DNA from: a bacterium
GTDB lineage: Bacteria > Patescibacteriota > Minisyncoccia > Phycocordibacterales > JAKAEA01
DNA: 64,000 nt
NCBI GenBank assembly: GCA_021818465.1
Contig: JAKAEA010000001.1
Location: 105,972-169,971 of the forward strand
Direction of reading: 5' to 3'
Position numbers and translations under genes: made by a program. The notes beneath the pieces were generated by a model. The model was not told the DNA's origin, searched no databases, and was given only the letters and a program-made list of their open reading frames with translations. Below are positions 27,828 through 38,431 of the stretch, piece after piece. The first letter of the stretch is position 1, and each line of letters starts with the position of its first letter.

Positions 27828-29582
27828 ATGCACACTGAAGAAACCCAATTGGCAAATTTTATTGTCGACTCCGGATTGCTTTCTCGGAGTGATATTGATA
27901 CTGCTTTGGAGAAGGCAAATAAAACTCACGTGTCGCTTGGTTCTTTACTTATTAAAACTGGGAAAATTACAGATGATGAAATTCGCAAGGCTCAAGCTCA
28001 TGTGCTCGGTATTCCCTTTGTGGATTTAAAAAATAAAAAACTGGACATAGCTGTGCTGTCACTTATCCCTGAACCAATTGCGCGCAATCACAACATTGTC
28101 GCTTTTAAAAAAGAAAATGATTCTCTAGAGGTTGCCATGCTTGATACGGAAGATTTATCAGCCATTGATTTTATTAAGAAAAAAACAGGCTTGCGAATTT
28201 TACCCCGTCTTACCGATAACGAATCTATTAAAGCAGCACTGGTTCAATATCAAAAAAGTCTTAAAGCAGAGTTTGGTGACATTATTCAAAAAGAAGTTGG
28301 CTCTATAAAGGCTCTCGCTGAGCAAGTTGATGGCGATGCAAGCAGTGAAGCGGATCTTAAAAAGCTCGCTGAAGATTTACCTGTCGTTCGTGTTGTTGAC
28401 ACTTTACTCAAGCACGCTATCATTCAAGATGCATCCGACATTCATATTGAACCAATGGAAGAAGAGGTACTTGTGCGCTATCGCATTGACGGTATTTTGC
28501 ATGACGCTATGGTATTACCTAAAAACGCTGGCCCATCGATAACTGCGCGCATCAAGGTCCTCTCTAATTTAAAACTCGATGAAAAACGTTTACCGCAAGA
28601 CGGGCGTTTTAAGGTGGAAATGAATGGTGAAAAAGTGTCATTCCGTGTGTCGTTATTGCCCACATACTACGGTGAAAAAACAGTAATGCGTCTTTTGCGA
28701 GAAAATGTTAAAGGTTTTACTTTAGAAGTACTCGGTTTCCATGGACGAAATCTCGAACTTATTCATGAGGCCACACGTTTAACCACCGGTATGATATTAA
28801 CAACTGGACCGACTGGTTCTGGTAAAACAACGACACTCTACACAGTTCTGGATATCCTCAATACTCCTGACGTCAATATTTCTACTATTGAAGATCCAAT
28901 TGAATACCAAATGCGTCGGATCAATCAAACCCAAGTGAAACCAGAAATAGGTTTTTCGTTTGGTAGTGGGCTTCGTTCATTGGTGCGTCAAGATCCGGAT
29001 ATTATTATGGTTGGCGAAATTCGTGACAATGAAACAGCCTCGTTAGCAGTAAATGCCGCTCTCACTGGTCACTTGGTGCTTTCAACACTGCACACTAATT
29101 CCGCCGCCGGCGCGATACCTCGTCTTGTGGATATGAAGGTCGAGCCGTTTCTTATTGTTTCCACAGTTAATATTGTGATTGGGCAACGACTCATTCGTCG
29201 ATTAACTAAAGAAAAAGAAGAATATTTTCTTTCAGATGCTGAACTGAGTCAATTAGAAAAAGTCATTGATCTTGAACGATTACTCCGTATTCTCAAAGAG
29301 GAAAAAGTCGTAGGAAAAGAAACTGATTGGAAAAAAATTCCCTTTTATAAGGCAAAACCGTCTCAAGAATCAGAAGATGGTTTCAAAGGACGTGTTGGTA
29401 TTCATGAAGTGCTCAAAGTGACACCGACAATTCGAGAGTTGGTAATGAAGGAAAGCAACTCGTCTGATATCGAAGCTCAGGCGAAAAAGGAGGGGATGAT
29501 AACAATGGTTGAAGACGGTCTTTTTAAAGCTGTGTCTGGTTTGACAACTATTGAGGAAGTTTTGCGAGTAATTTCTGAATAA
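27828..29582 (+). CDS. pilB: Type IV pilus assembly ATPase PilB/GspE
   Basis: ASDIHIEP, GPTGSGKTT, TIEDPIEY, RQDPDII, STLHTN. Confidence 0.93.
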   Translation: MHTEETQLANFIVDSGLLSRSDIDTALEKANKTHVSLGSLLIKTGKITDDEIRKAQAHVLGIPFVDLKNKKLDIAVLSLIPEPIARNHNIVAFKKENDSLEVAMLDTEDLSAIDFIKKKTGLRILPRLTDNESIKAALVQYQKSLKAEFGDIIQKEVGSIKALAEQVDGDASSEADLKKLAEDLPVVRVVDTLLKHAIIQDASDIHIEPMEEEVLVRYRIDGILHDAMVLPKNAGPSITARIKVLSNLKLDEKRLPQDGRFKVEMNGEKVSFRVSLLPTYYGEKTVMRLLRENVKGFTLEVLGFHGRNLELIHEATRLTTGMILTTGPTGSGKTTTLYTVLDILNTPDVNISTIEDPIEYQMRRINQTQVKPEIGFSFGSGLRSLVRQDPDIIMVGEIRDNETASLAVNAALTGHLVLSTLHTNSAAGAIPRLVDMKVEPFLIVSTVNIVIGQRLIRRLTKEKEEYFLSDAELSQLEKVIDLERLLRILKEEKVVGKETDWKKIPFYKAKPSQESEDGFKGRVGIHEVLKVTPTIRELVMKESNSSDIEAQAKKEGMITMVEDGLFKAVSGLTTIEEVLRVISE

Positions 29583-29590
29583 TAATTCAA

Positions 29591-30814
29591 ATGGCCACAT
29601 TTCAAGTTCGCACTATTGATAATGAGGGAATTTCGCACGATGAAGTAAGGGAAGTAGATGATCGTGCCGCACTGTACGCTAGTTTGAAAGCGAAAGGTTC
29701 AACGCTGGTTTCACTCACAGAAATTAACTCAAAAAAGGGGAAATCGATTCTCGCAATGGACATTCCCTTTTTAAGTAAAGTAAAACTTCACGATAAAATT
29801 ATTTTTAGCCGCAATTTGGCGGCCATGCTCGATGCTGGTTTGCCCCTCTCGCGAGCGTTGACGGTTATTGAAAAACAAACAACTCAAAAAAAATTTAAAG
29901 ATCTTATTGCTGCGCTTAATACCAGTATTCGCGGCGGTACTACCTTAAGTGCCGCAATGAAAGAGCACAGTGATACGTTCTCTAATATCATGGTTTCAAT
30001 GGTAAAAGCTGGAGAAGAGTCGGGATCACTCTCACAATCGCTGCGGATTGTGGCAAATCAAATGGAAAGTTCTTATACATTGATTCGTAAAATTCGAGGT
30101 GCGCTCATGTATCCAACCATTGTTCTTTTAGCGATGGTAGCCATTGGGTTTTTTATGTTAACGAATGTGGTTCCAACATTGGCCGCAACGTTTCAAAGTT
30201 TCAATGCCCAATTACCGTTACAAACACAAGTCATTATTGATGTGAGTAATTTTTTGAAAACATATATTGTGTATGTACTTATTGCGATTGTTGTGGCGAT
30301 AGTTGCTGTATACCTTTTTACTCGAACCGCTCGGGGTAAGCGCACGACAAGTTTTATATATTTGCACCTACCTATCGTGGGAGAAATTTTAAAGGAAGTA
30401 AATTCGGCACGCACAGCGCGAACGCTTTCTTCACTTCTCTCGTCGGGCGTTGATTTCTTGGTGGCGGTGCGCATTACCACTGATGTTTTGCAAAATCCTT
30501 ATTATAAAGAGGTCATTGCTTTGGTGGAGAAAAAAGTAGAGAAAGGTGAGCCTATTGCTGAAATTTTTAATGAAAAATTAAAACTATATCCACCGTTTGT
30601 TGGTGAAATGGTTTCAGTTGGCGAAGAAACGGGTCAATTGCCGCAAATGCTCCTTGGCGTAGCAACGTTTTATGAAAACGATGTCGATCAAAAAACTAAA
30701 GATCTTTCATCTATTGTTGAACCAGTACTTATGATTGTTATTGGTGCAGCCGTTGGATTTTTTGCTATTTCCATCATTAGTCCAATTTATTCTTTAAGCA
30801 GTGTTATTTCATAA
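29591..30814 (+). CDS. pilC: Type IV pilus platform protein PilC/GspF
   Basis: Two T2SSF repeats (AGEESG, VGEETG), ALMYP, three TMs. Confidence 0.93.
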   Translation: MATFQVRTIDNEGISHDEVREVDDRAALYASLKAKGSTLVSLTEINSKKGKSILAMDIPFLSKVKLHDKIIFSRNLAAMLDAGLPLSRALTVIEKQTTQKKFKDLIAALNTSIRGGTTLSAAMKEHSDTFSNIMVSMVKAGEESGSLSQSLRIVANQMESSYTLIRKIRGALMYPTIVLLAMVAIGFFMLTNVVPTLAATFQSFNAQLPLQTQVIIDVSNFLKTYIVYVLIAIVVAIVAVYLFTRTARGKRTTSFIYLHLPIVGEILKEVNSARTARTLSSLLSSGVDFLVAVRITTDVLQNPYYKEVIALVEKKVEKGEPIAEIFNEKLKLYPPFVGEMVSVGEETGQLPQMLLGVATFYENDVDQKTKDLSSIVEPVLMIVIGAAVGFFAISIISPIYSLSSVIS

Positions 30815-31277
30815 TATTCAAAAAAATAAGGGTTTTACACTCTTAGAACTCATAGTGGTTATTGCTATACTGGTTATTCTCTCGGGAGTCATTATTGGTG
30901 CGTTTGTTATTTTTAATACTACCGAAGGTGTCAACAAAGATACAGAATTAGTATTGGAGACATTGCGTCTTGCTCGTAACCAAACGCTCGCTTCTAAAAA
31001 TGAAATGCAATATGGTGTGCATTTTTCTGCGACAAACATCACACTTTTTAGCGGCGCTACCTACAATCCTTCAACGAGTGGCAATGAAATTTTTGCACTT
31101 CATGCTGGAGATTCTCTTTCAGTAAACCTTAATTCTGGTGGTGACGATGTTGTTTTTGATCGCTTGACCGGCGCGACGAGTGAGTCGGGAACTATTACTA
31201 TTACGTCATCAAATTCGGCAACATCTAAAAATGTTACAATATATTCTACGGGCTTAATTCAAGGTCCATCTCTATGA
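30801..31277 (+). CDS. Minor pilin (FimT/GspH-like)
   Basis: KG|FTLLELIVV prepilin motif. Confidence 0.88.
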   Translation: MLFHNIQKNKGFTLLELIVVIAILVILSGVIIGAFVIFNTTEGVNKDTELVLETLRLARNQTLASKNEMQYGVHFSATNITLFSGATYNPSTSGNEIFALHAGDSLSVNLNSGGDDVVFDRLTGATSESGTITITSSNSATSKNVTIYSTGLIQGPSL

Positions 31278-31762
31278 AAAAAGTTTCGCGAGGCATGGGT
31301 TCATTAGAAATTCTTATTGGTGCGGCTATTATTGTTATAGGTATTTTGGCGCTCATTATCGCCTTTAATAGCTTTTTCTCTTTTGCTTTAGCAAATGATA
31401 GGAACGTTCAGGCCGCGTATCTTAGTGAAGAAGGTTTAGAGGCCATGACGTTTTTGCGCGATGGTAGTTATGCAGGAAATATCGCCCCACTTTCTACTTC
31501 AGCTACATATTATTTGTCTTGGAATAGCGCTGTAGGAAGTTGGGAAACAACAACGACACCACAATACGTGGATGGTGTTTTTTTGCGAACGATTACTCTT
31601 GCTTCAGTGTATCGAAATTCTGCTGGTCACATCACCTCTTCAGACGATGGCGTGATTGATCCGAACACTCGTCTAGTAACTGTAACCCTACAATATTTTC
31701 AAGGACATGGCACCACAACACAAAGCATGTCAACATATTTGACTAATTTTTATGCCAATTAA
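31274..31762 (+). CDS. Minor pilin (PilV-like)
   Basis: RG|MGSLEILIG variant prepilin motif, AYLSEEGLEA. Confidence 0.82.
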   Translation: MKKVSRGMGSLEILIGAAIIVIGILALIIAFNSFFSFALANDRNVQAAYLSEEGLEAMTFLRDGSYAGNIAPLSTSATYYLSWNSAVGSWETTTTPQYVDGVFLRTITLASVYRNSAGHITSSDDGVIDPNTRLVTVTLQYFQGHGTTTQSMSTYLTNFYAN

Positions 31763-32318
31763 ACGTATTTTGCAAAAAATTTTTTGTCAGTCTCACACGT
31801 TTTCCTCGGCATTTTCTTTGATTGAAATGCTGGTATACATCAGTATATTGGCTGTTATTTTTATACTGGTGGTTAGCACAACACTCTCGTTTACTAGTTC
31901 GTATCGAATGCTCGCAGCCTTGCGTGCTGCCGATCATGCTGGCATAGACGCTCTTGAACCAATGACTCGAGCGATTCGTGCAGCTGGCAGTGTACTGACA
32001 ACACAAAGTGTTTTAGGAAGCAACCCTGGTACTCTGGCTCTGTACGAAGCGCATAATGGCGATTCTACAACAACGCAATTTAATCTCCAGAATGGAGTAG
32101 TGGAAATGGCGGTAACAGTTAATGGAGTAGCAGACGCAGCACTCAGTGGGCCACTCACTTCCACCAGCGCCACAGTGACCAGTTTAGTTTTTAATGTTCT
32201 TTCAACCAGCACAGCAAGTGCTGTAAAAATAGATATGACTGCTGTAGGCATAAGCGGTGCTGTCAGTGAATCAAAAAATTTCCACGATACGATAGTTTTG
32301 CGTGGTTCAACAAGTTAA
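31752..32318 (+). CDS. Minor pilin (PilW-like)
   Basis: A|FSLIEMLVY prepilin motif. Confidence 0.82.
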   Translation: MPIKRILQKIFCQSHTFSSAFSLIEMLVYISILAVIFILVVSTTLSFTSSYRMLAALRAADHAGIDALEPMTRAIRAAGSVLTTQSVLGSNPGTLALYEAHNGDSTTTQFNLQNGVVEMAVTVNGVADAALSGPLTSTSATVTSLVFNVLSTSTASAVKIDMTAVGISGAVSESKNFHDTIVLRGSTS

Positions 32319-32321
32319 ATT

Positions 32322-34292
32322 ATGACGTCGTTTATTTTTAAAAACTCTCAGGCCGGCCAAGCTATCATGATAGCGGTTATTTTTTTTCTAGCTATTAGTT
32401 TAACAGTTGTACTTGGTATCGCTACGCCTATTTTGCAATCAGTCAAAATTGGCAACGATCTCATTCGCTCAAAAGCGAGTTATTTCTTGGCAGAAGGAGC
32501 GTTGGAAGATGCTATCTATCGTATAAAAAATGGTGGTACCGTTAATAATGGTGACACTATTACCGTCGATGGCTATACAACAACAATTTCGGTTGTTTCT
32601 GGAGCCAATAATCAACAAACTATTGAAACGAGTGCTGACTACAACAATATCTATCGCAATATGCAAGCCTCTGTTTCTACTGGTTCGGGTGCGTCGTTTA
32701 GTTATGGTCTTCAGGCTGGCGCTGGCGGTTTTTATATCAGTGGCGGCTCTACTGTTAATGGTAGTGTGTATTCTGATGGCCCAATTCTTGGTAGTAGTGG
32801 CACTATTACAGGTACGGCAATTTCTGCTGACAGCGCTTCACTTACTGCAGATCAGACTAATAATTCTCCGACACCTATTACTACATGTACAAGTCCCACG
32901 TGTATTTCTTTTGGAAATTCTTCTGCAACGCAAAATCTAGCTCAAAGTTTTCAGGTTTCTACTGATGGGCCGCTCCATGATATTCAGTTTTATTTACAGA
33001 AAGTGGGGAAGCCCTCAAATATCACTGTTAAACTTGTTGCTGACAACAATGGTTCTCCAAATTCAAAAGATTTACTTTCTACCGATGGCAGTATTGCCGC
33101 GTCGGCTGTTTCTGGTTCGGGTCTTGATTGGGTAGATGTGTCTTTTCCTTCAAACACAACACTCTATACCGGTGAAACCTACTGGGTGATTCTTTATTTG
33201 AGTAAAAATTCAAGCAGTAACTACTATATAAGTGGTGCTAATAGTTCATATGCGAATGGTGTTGCTAAGGTTGGAAAGTTTGGCAGCAGTTGGTATAGCA
33301 CGTCACCAGCTGGACTAGATGCATATTTTGAATTGTATTTAGGAGGTGTATACGGAACGGTCTGTGGCAGCAATTCAGTAACAAGTTGCCAGAGTTCATA
33401 TGCTGGAGAACTCACTGTTGGTTCGGGAAGTACTGGTACAGCCTGGGCGCACCAGGTAAGTGGAACAAACGTCGCGGGTACAATGTATTGCCAAGTTGGT
33501 GGCACGGGTAGTCCTTATTACGATAATAAAATATGTGACACGAGCCAGCCTGATCCGCCAGCAATCGCAATGCCGGTGTCTGATGGCAATATTCAAGATT
33601 GGGAGAATCAAGTGACTAACAGCATCAACGGCGGATGGACCCTTCAAGGCGATTTATCACCCAATTGGCAAGGCACGACGACATCAACTTTAACGCACAT
33701 CACGGGTAATTTTAGTAGTGGTAGTGGCAATGACACATTTACCAGTGGTTTAGAAGTTGATGGCAATATGACCATCAGTAATGGTAGTACGGTCACAGCA
33801 GGCCCACTGTTAGTAAAAGGAAACTTAACTGTTGGATCGACAGGTCTTGTGTTGACGGGAACACTGTGGGTTCAAGGATCAATAACAGTTTCAAGCGGTG
33901 CTCATATAAATCTTGCATCATCGTATGGTTCTAATAGCGGCATCATCATTTCTAATGGTCCAATGAATCTTGCTGGTGGTGGATCTCTTGCTGGTTCTGG
34001 CCAATCGGGAAGTTACTTGCTGTTAGTAACTACGAGTGATTGTCCCATATCAGCAAGCTGTAATGGTGCCGCAGCCATTTCTATAAGCGGCGGTGCCGGA
34101 GCGGTCATTCTGTATGCGCCCCACGGTACTTTGAGTATGTCCGGCGGTACCCACGTTAACGCAATGGCGGCTGATTATATTTCTATAACTGGTGGCTCGG
34201 TGATTAATTATGATAGTGGTCTTGCTAATATAAATTTTAGTAGCGGTCCAACTGGTGGCTGGAATGTGTCTGGTTGGGGTGAAGTGCCGTAG
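32322..34292 (+). CDS. PilX-like minor pilin fused to large Gly/Ser/Thr-rich extracellular region
   Basis: G|QAIMIAV (no Glu5), ASYFLAEGALEDA, C-terminal WNVSGWGE. Confidence 0.82.
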   Translation: MTSFIFKNSQAGQAIMIAVIFFLAISLTVVLGIATPILQSVKIGNDLIRSKASYFLAEGALEDAIYRIKNGGTVNNGDTITVDGYTTTISVVSGANNQQTIETSADYNNIYRNMQASVSTGSGASFSYGLQAGAGGFYISGGSTVNGSVYSDGPILGSSGTITGTAISADSASLTADQTNNSPTPITTCTSPTCISFGNSSATQNLAQSFQVSTDGPLHDIQFYLQKVGKPSNITVKLVADNNGSPNSKDLLSTDGSIAASAVSGSGLDWVDVSFPSNTTLYTGETYWVILYLSKNSSSNYYISGANSSYANGVAKVGKFGSSWYSTSPAGLDAYFELYLGGVYGTVCGSNSVTSCQSSYAGELTVGSGSTGTAWAHQVSGTNVAGTMYCQVGGTGSPYYDNKICDTSQPDPPAIAMPVSDGNIQDWENQVTNSINGGWTLQGDLSPNWQGTTTSTLTHITGNFSSGSGNDTFTSGLEVDGNMTISNGSTVTAGPLLVKGNLTVGSTGLVLTGTLWVQGSITVSSGAHINLASSYGSNSGIIISNGPMNLAGGGSLAGSGQSGSYLLLVTTSDCPISASCNGAAAISISGGAGAVILYAPHGTLSMSGGTHVNAMAADYISITGGSVINYDSGLANINFSSGPTGGWNVSGWGEVP

Positions 34293-34319
34293 TAAAAAAT
34301 TCTATGGTAGACTGGGGCA

Positions 34320-35138
34320 ATGACACAAAAGAAAAAATTTATTATTGGTAACTGGAAAATGAATCCAGCAACAACGAGTCTCGCTACGGATATCTTTAAA
34401 AAAATACAAAAAGATACTGCCCATCTCACCAAAACACAAACTATTATTTGCCCCCCATATATATATTTAGAATCACTTGCTCGATTACAAGGTCTATCAA
34501 AAGCCGCTAAGAAAACAAAAAAAAAGAAAAAAGAAAGTTCGCACACACTAGCCCCAGTTTTACTTGGTGCGCAAAATCTTAATTCTGAACCGATGGGGGC
34601 GCGTACCGGTGAAATTTCTGGAGAATTGCTCAAACAATTTGGCGTTACGCACGTGATTATTGGCCATTCGGAACGTCGAGATCTTGGCGAAACAGACGCC
34701 ATTATTAATACTAAGATTTTGGCAGCACTTAATTGGAAATTTAAAGTCATTTTGTGTGTTGGCGAGAAAGTGCGTGACGATGATGGGCACTATTTAGCCT
34801 TTATAAAAAATCAACTTGAGCAAGCACTCGCTGGTGTCAAAAAAGAAAATCTCAAATCTCTCATTGTTGCCTATGAACCAGTGTGGGCTATTGGAGCTAC
34901 TGAAGCGATACCTCCATCGTCTATTCATGGCATGACGATATTTATTCGTAAGACGCTTTTTGATATCTATAAAACTCGAACACTTACTACGCCTATTCTC
35001 TACGGTGGTTCGGTTGATTCAAAAAACGCTGGGGAAATTTTACAACAAGGAAGTGCCGACGGACTCTTGATTGGTCGACAGAGTCTTGATCCAAACGCAT
35101 TTACTGCCATTGCTGTTACTGCTAATACTCTTTCCTAA
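34320..35138 (+). CDS. tpiA: Triosephosphate isomerase
   Basis: GNWKMN, IGHSERR, AYEPVWAIG, LYGGSV. Confidence 0.97.
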   Translation: MTQKKKFIIGNWKMNPATTSLATDIFKKIQKDTAHLTKTQTIICPPYIYLESLARLQGLSKAAKKTKKKKKESSHTLAPVLLGAQNLNSEPMGARTGEISGELLKQFGVTHVIIGHSERRDLGETDAIINTKILAALNWKFKVILCVGEKVRDDDGHYLAFIKNQLEQALAGVKKENLKSLIVAYEPVWAIGATEAIPPSSIHGMTIFIRKTLFDIYKTRTLTTPILYGGSVDSKNAGEILQQGSADGLLIGRQSLDPNAFTAIAVTANTLS

Positions 35139-35139
35139 T

Positions 35140-36297
35140 ATGATAACCGATATCAACACGCTCTCTCATATGCCAGACGTGCAAGGGTTGCCCGTTCTCG
35201 TTCGTCTTGATTTCAATGTGCCCATTGCGAATGGACATGTCGTAAACGATTATCGTATTAAAAAATCATTACCAACGATTGATCTATTGCGTCAACGTAA
35301 TGCAAAAATTATTATTGTAAGCCATATTGAAGGGGCAAGTGATACGCTACGGCCAGTTTTTGAGTATCTGAAACGATTAGTACCTATTTCATTTTGTACC
35401 GACATATTGGCTGATGGGCCAACAGGTGGTGCTGCAATGATTAAAAAAATGGCGCCAGGCGACGTGTTGTTGTGTGAAAATATCCGTCAATATCCTGGCG
35501 AAAAAAAGAATGATCCACTGTTTGTACAAAAACTCGCTGCTCTTGGTGGAGCATATGTCAACGATGCGTTCTCAGTAGCGCATCGTGCGCATGCATCAGT
35601 AGTCGGCTTGGCAACAGTGTTGCCAGGATTTATTGGTTTGCAATTTGAGAAAGAGATAGCGGCGCTCTCGTTGTGTTTTTCACCGGCGCATCCTTTTTTA
35701 TTTATTCTGGCGGGTGCAAAGTTTGAAACAAAGTTACCGTTAGTACAAAAGTTTTTAACAATTGCCGATACAATTTTTATTGGTGGTGCTCTGGCGAATG
35801 ATCTATATACGGCACGTGGTTTGGCAGTAGGGAAATCATTGGTGTCAGATATGGGTGAAGACGATTCACTCAAACTACTTGCTGATAATCCCCGAATTAT
35901 GACGCCAACTGATGTCGTCGTATCTTCAGATCAGGGAACACGCACCAGTGATCCTAAAGAAATTGCCCCCAATGAATCAGTGACAGATGCGGGCCCAAAA
36001 ACTATTACTGAATTGCGTGCCGTGGCAGCCGGTGCACAACATATTCTTTGGAATGGTCCACTCGGTGCGTATGAACGAGGTTTTGTGGAGCCCACTAAAG
36101 AATTAGCGAAAATCGTGGCCGGTGCTACGAGTCGCGGCGCAACCACGATTATCGGCGGCGGCGACACACTTGCTGCTGCTGGTAATGCTGGTGCGGAATC
36201 TCTTTTTACATTTGTTTCTACCGGTGGCGGCGCAATGCTCGATTTTCTTGCTGCTGGAACACTACCGGGTTTAGAAGCGTTGAAGCGCCGCACGTAG
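35140..36297 (+). CDS. pgk: Phosphoglycerate kinase
   Basis: RLDFNVP, NDAFSVAHR, WNGPLG, GGGDT, STGGGA; start moved to ATG 35140. Confidence 0.96.
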   Translation: MITDINTLSHMPDVQGLPVLVRLDFNVPIANGHVVNDYRIKKSLPTIDLLRQRNAKIIIVSHIEGASDTLRPVFEYLKRLVPISFCTDILADGPTGGAAMIKKMAPGDVLLCENIRQYPGEKKNDPLFVQKLAALGGAYVNDAFSVAHRAHASVVGLATVLPGFIGLQFEKEIAALSLCFSPAHPFLFILAGAKFETKLPLVQKFLTIADTIFIGGALANDLYTARGLAVGKSLVSDMGEDDSLKLLADNPRIMTPTDVVVSSDQGTRTSDPKEIAPNESVTDAGPKTITELRAVAAGAQHILWNGPLGAYERGFVEPTKELAKIVAGATSRGATTIIGGGDTLAAAGNAGAESLFTFVSTGGGAMLDFLAAGTLPGLEALKRRT

Positions 36298-36660
36298 TTT
36301 TTCGGCATTGCCGGTAAAATCAGCAGGGTCGCTCACGTTTACGTGTGGGTTAGGAAAAATCCAAATATGAGCATGCGGCACTTCGTCACCCATAATTCTA
36401 CTGAACACAGCTTCTACACCAAATGCTTTTTGTTCTGCCCGAGCAATTTTTTGGGCGACTTCAAAATATGTTCCTGCGGCCGGAACATCCCATACCCAAC
36501 GATAATGTTTTTTGGGAATAATTTGTACGTGTCCAGCTGATTGTGGGTGGATGTCTAGAAATGCGAGATATGTTTCATCCTCATATATTTTATGAGCTGG
36601 TAGCTCGCCGCGAACAATTTTGCAAAATACGCAATCGTGTGTGTTTGTTTCATTAGTCAT
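36271..36660 (-). CDS. HIT family nucleotide hydrolase
   Basis: CVFCKI, AFLDIHP, VPHAHIW. Confidence 0.92.
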   Translation of the reverse strand: MTNETNTHDCVFCKIVRGELPAHKIYEDETYLAFLDIHPQSAGHVQIIPKKHYRWVWDVPAAGTYFEVAQKIARAEQKAFGVEAVFSRIMGDEVPHAHIWIFPNPHVNVSDPADFTGNAEKLRAALQRF

Positions 36661-36680
36661 GATTCTATATTATACCAATC

Positions 36681-38420
36681 ATGGATACTGAATCGAATAG
36701 TATTGAACGGCCAAAGAAAAGGTATGTGTTGCGTGAAGCCACTACTGGCGCTGATGATTTACTCAGCCAGCTCTTGGTGTATCGGGGTATTACAACTGCC
36801 GCTGATCAAGAATTTTTTCTAAATCCTTCCTATGACAAACACCTGCACGATCCATATCTGCTCAAGGGGATGTCTCGTGCTGTTGAGCGAATCGTGCAAG
36901 CGATTGCGGGAAATGAACATATTATTATTTATGCCGACTATGATGCCGACGGTATTCCCGCAGCAGTAGTGCTCAATGATTTTTTTAAACGTATTGGATA
37001 TAAAAATATTGAAGTGTACATTCCACACCGCCACCGCGAAGGTTTCGGTTTACATTGTGAGGCTATAGATTCATTTGTTACTCCAGCACTTTTGATTACA
37101 GTAGATTGCGGCATTACGGATACCACTGAAGTTGCTCATGCGCATGAACGAGGAATTGATGTCATCATTACCGACCACCATACGCCACCTGAAAAATGTG
37201 CTCCAGCGGTGGCTATCATTGATCCCAAACAAGTCGATTGTCAGTATCCATTTAAAGAGCTCTGTGGTGCAGGTATTGCTTTTAAACTTGTGCAAGCACT
37301 TCTTCGAGCCGGAGATTTTAATGTGCCAGCCGGTACGGAGAAATGGTTTTTAGATATGGTTGGTTTAGCGACGCTCTCAGATATGGTTCCACTGGTTAAA
37401 GAAAATAGAGTACTAGCTCGATACGGTCTTGTGGTATTGCGTAAATCGCGTCGGCCGGGTTTGCGCGCACTATTACGACTATTACGAATTGAACAACGTT
37501 TTTTAACAGAAGATGATATTGGTTTCATGATAACTCCACGTCTTAATGCTGCATCGCGAATGGGGGAGCCGATGGATGCTTTTACACTATTAGCAACAAC
37601 TGACGCGCAGGTTGCCGAAACTATGGCGGCACATCTTAACCACATTAATGATGAACGTAAAGCGTTGGTCGGAGTACTTGTAAAAGAGATTAAAAAAATT
37701 ATGAATGAACGCGCCGAACATTTCACAACACGACGTGTGATTGTGCTCGGTAATCCTCGTTGGCGGCCAGCAATTCTCGGATTGGTTGCTAGTTCACTTG
37801 CTGAATCTTTTGGTAAACCGGTTTTTTTGTGGGGTCGAGAGGAAGGAACAATTATTAAAGGCTCGTGTCGCTCAAACGGTTTCATTGATATTGTTGCTGT
37901 TATGAAAACTGCTCAAGAAATTTCCGCAGATACGTTCATTGATTTTGGTGGCCACCATTTTTCTGGAGGTTTTTCACTCAATGCGGATATGGTGCATCAT
38001 TTAGAGGACACATTAGAAGCAGCTCTTGTCGCAGTTTCAGCAACACCTTCGAATATTCATGCTCAAGATGACGCTGTGGCATTGGATGGTTCGCTCGCGC
38101 TTTGTGATGTTCGATTGGAAACCTACGCGGTTATTGAAAAACTTATGCCGTTCGGTATCGCAAACACTAAGCCGCTATTTATTTTCAGAGACGTTATGGT
38201 AAAATCGGTGCGACAGTTTGGTAGGGCAAGTAATCATTTAGAATTGACCGTATTTCAGGACGACATGCATGATGTTCGGGCAATATGTTTTTTCTCGTCG
38301 CCCCAAAATTTTAATGTACTACCTGAACCAGGAAAAAAAATTAACCTCGTCGCCACGCTAGAAAAATCTTTTTTTCGCGCTCGTCCTGAATTACGATTGC
38401 GTATTGTAGATATTGTGTAA
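36681..38420 (+). CDS. recJ: Single-stranded DNA exonuclease RecJ
   Basis: DYDADG, TVDCG, TDHH, PRLNA, GGH. Confidence 0.96.
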   Translation: MDTESNSIERPKKRYVLREATTGADDLLSQLLVYRGITTAADQEFFLNPSYDKHLHDPYLLKGMSRAVERIVQAIAGNEHIIIYADYDADGIPAAVVLNDFFKRIGYKNIEVYIPHRHREGFGLHCEAIDSFVTPALLITVDCGITDTTEVAHAHERGIDVIITDHHTPPEKCAPAVAIIDPKQVDCQYPFKELCGAGIAFKLVQALLRAGDFNVPAGTEKWFLDMVGLATLSDMVPLVKENRVLARYGLVVLRKSRRPGLRALLRLLRIEQRFLTEDDIGFMITPRLNAASRMGEPMDAFTLLATTDAQVAETMAAHLNHINDERKALVGVLVKEIKKIMNERAEHFTTRRVIVLGNPRWRPAILGLVASSLAESFGKPVFLWGREEGTIIKGSCRSNGFIDIVAVMKTAQEISADTFIDFGGHHFSGGFSLNADMVHHLEDTLEAALVAVSATPSNIHAQDDAVALDGSLALCDVRLETYAVIEKLMPFGIANTKPLFIFRDVMVKSVRQFGRASNHLELTVFQDDMHDVRAICFFSSPQNFNVLPEPGKKINLVATLEKSFFRARPELRLRIVDIV

Positions 38421-38431
38421 CAAAAAGTACT

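Noticed and set aside
37241-37885. 214-aa antisense ORF in recJ and the many other short antisense or nested ORFs in the track
   Set aside because: Lie opposite or inside well-supported genes with no recognisable motifs
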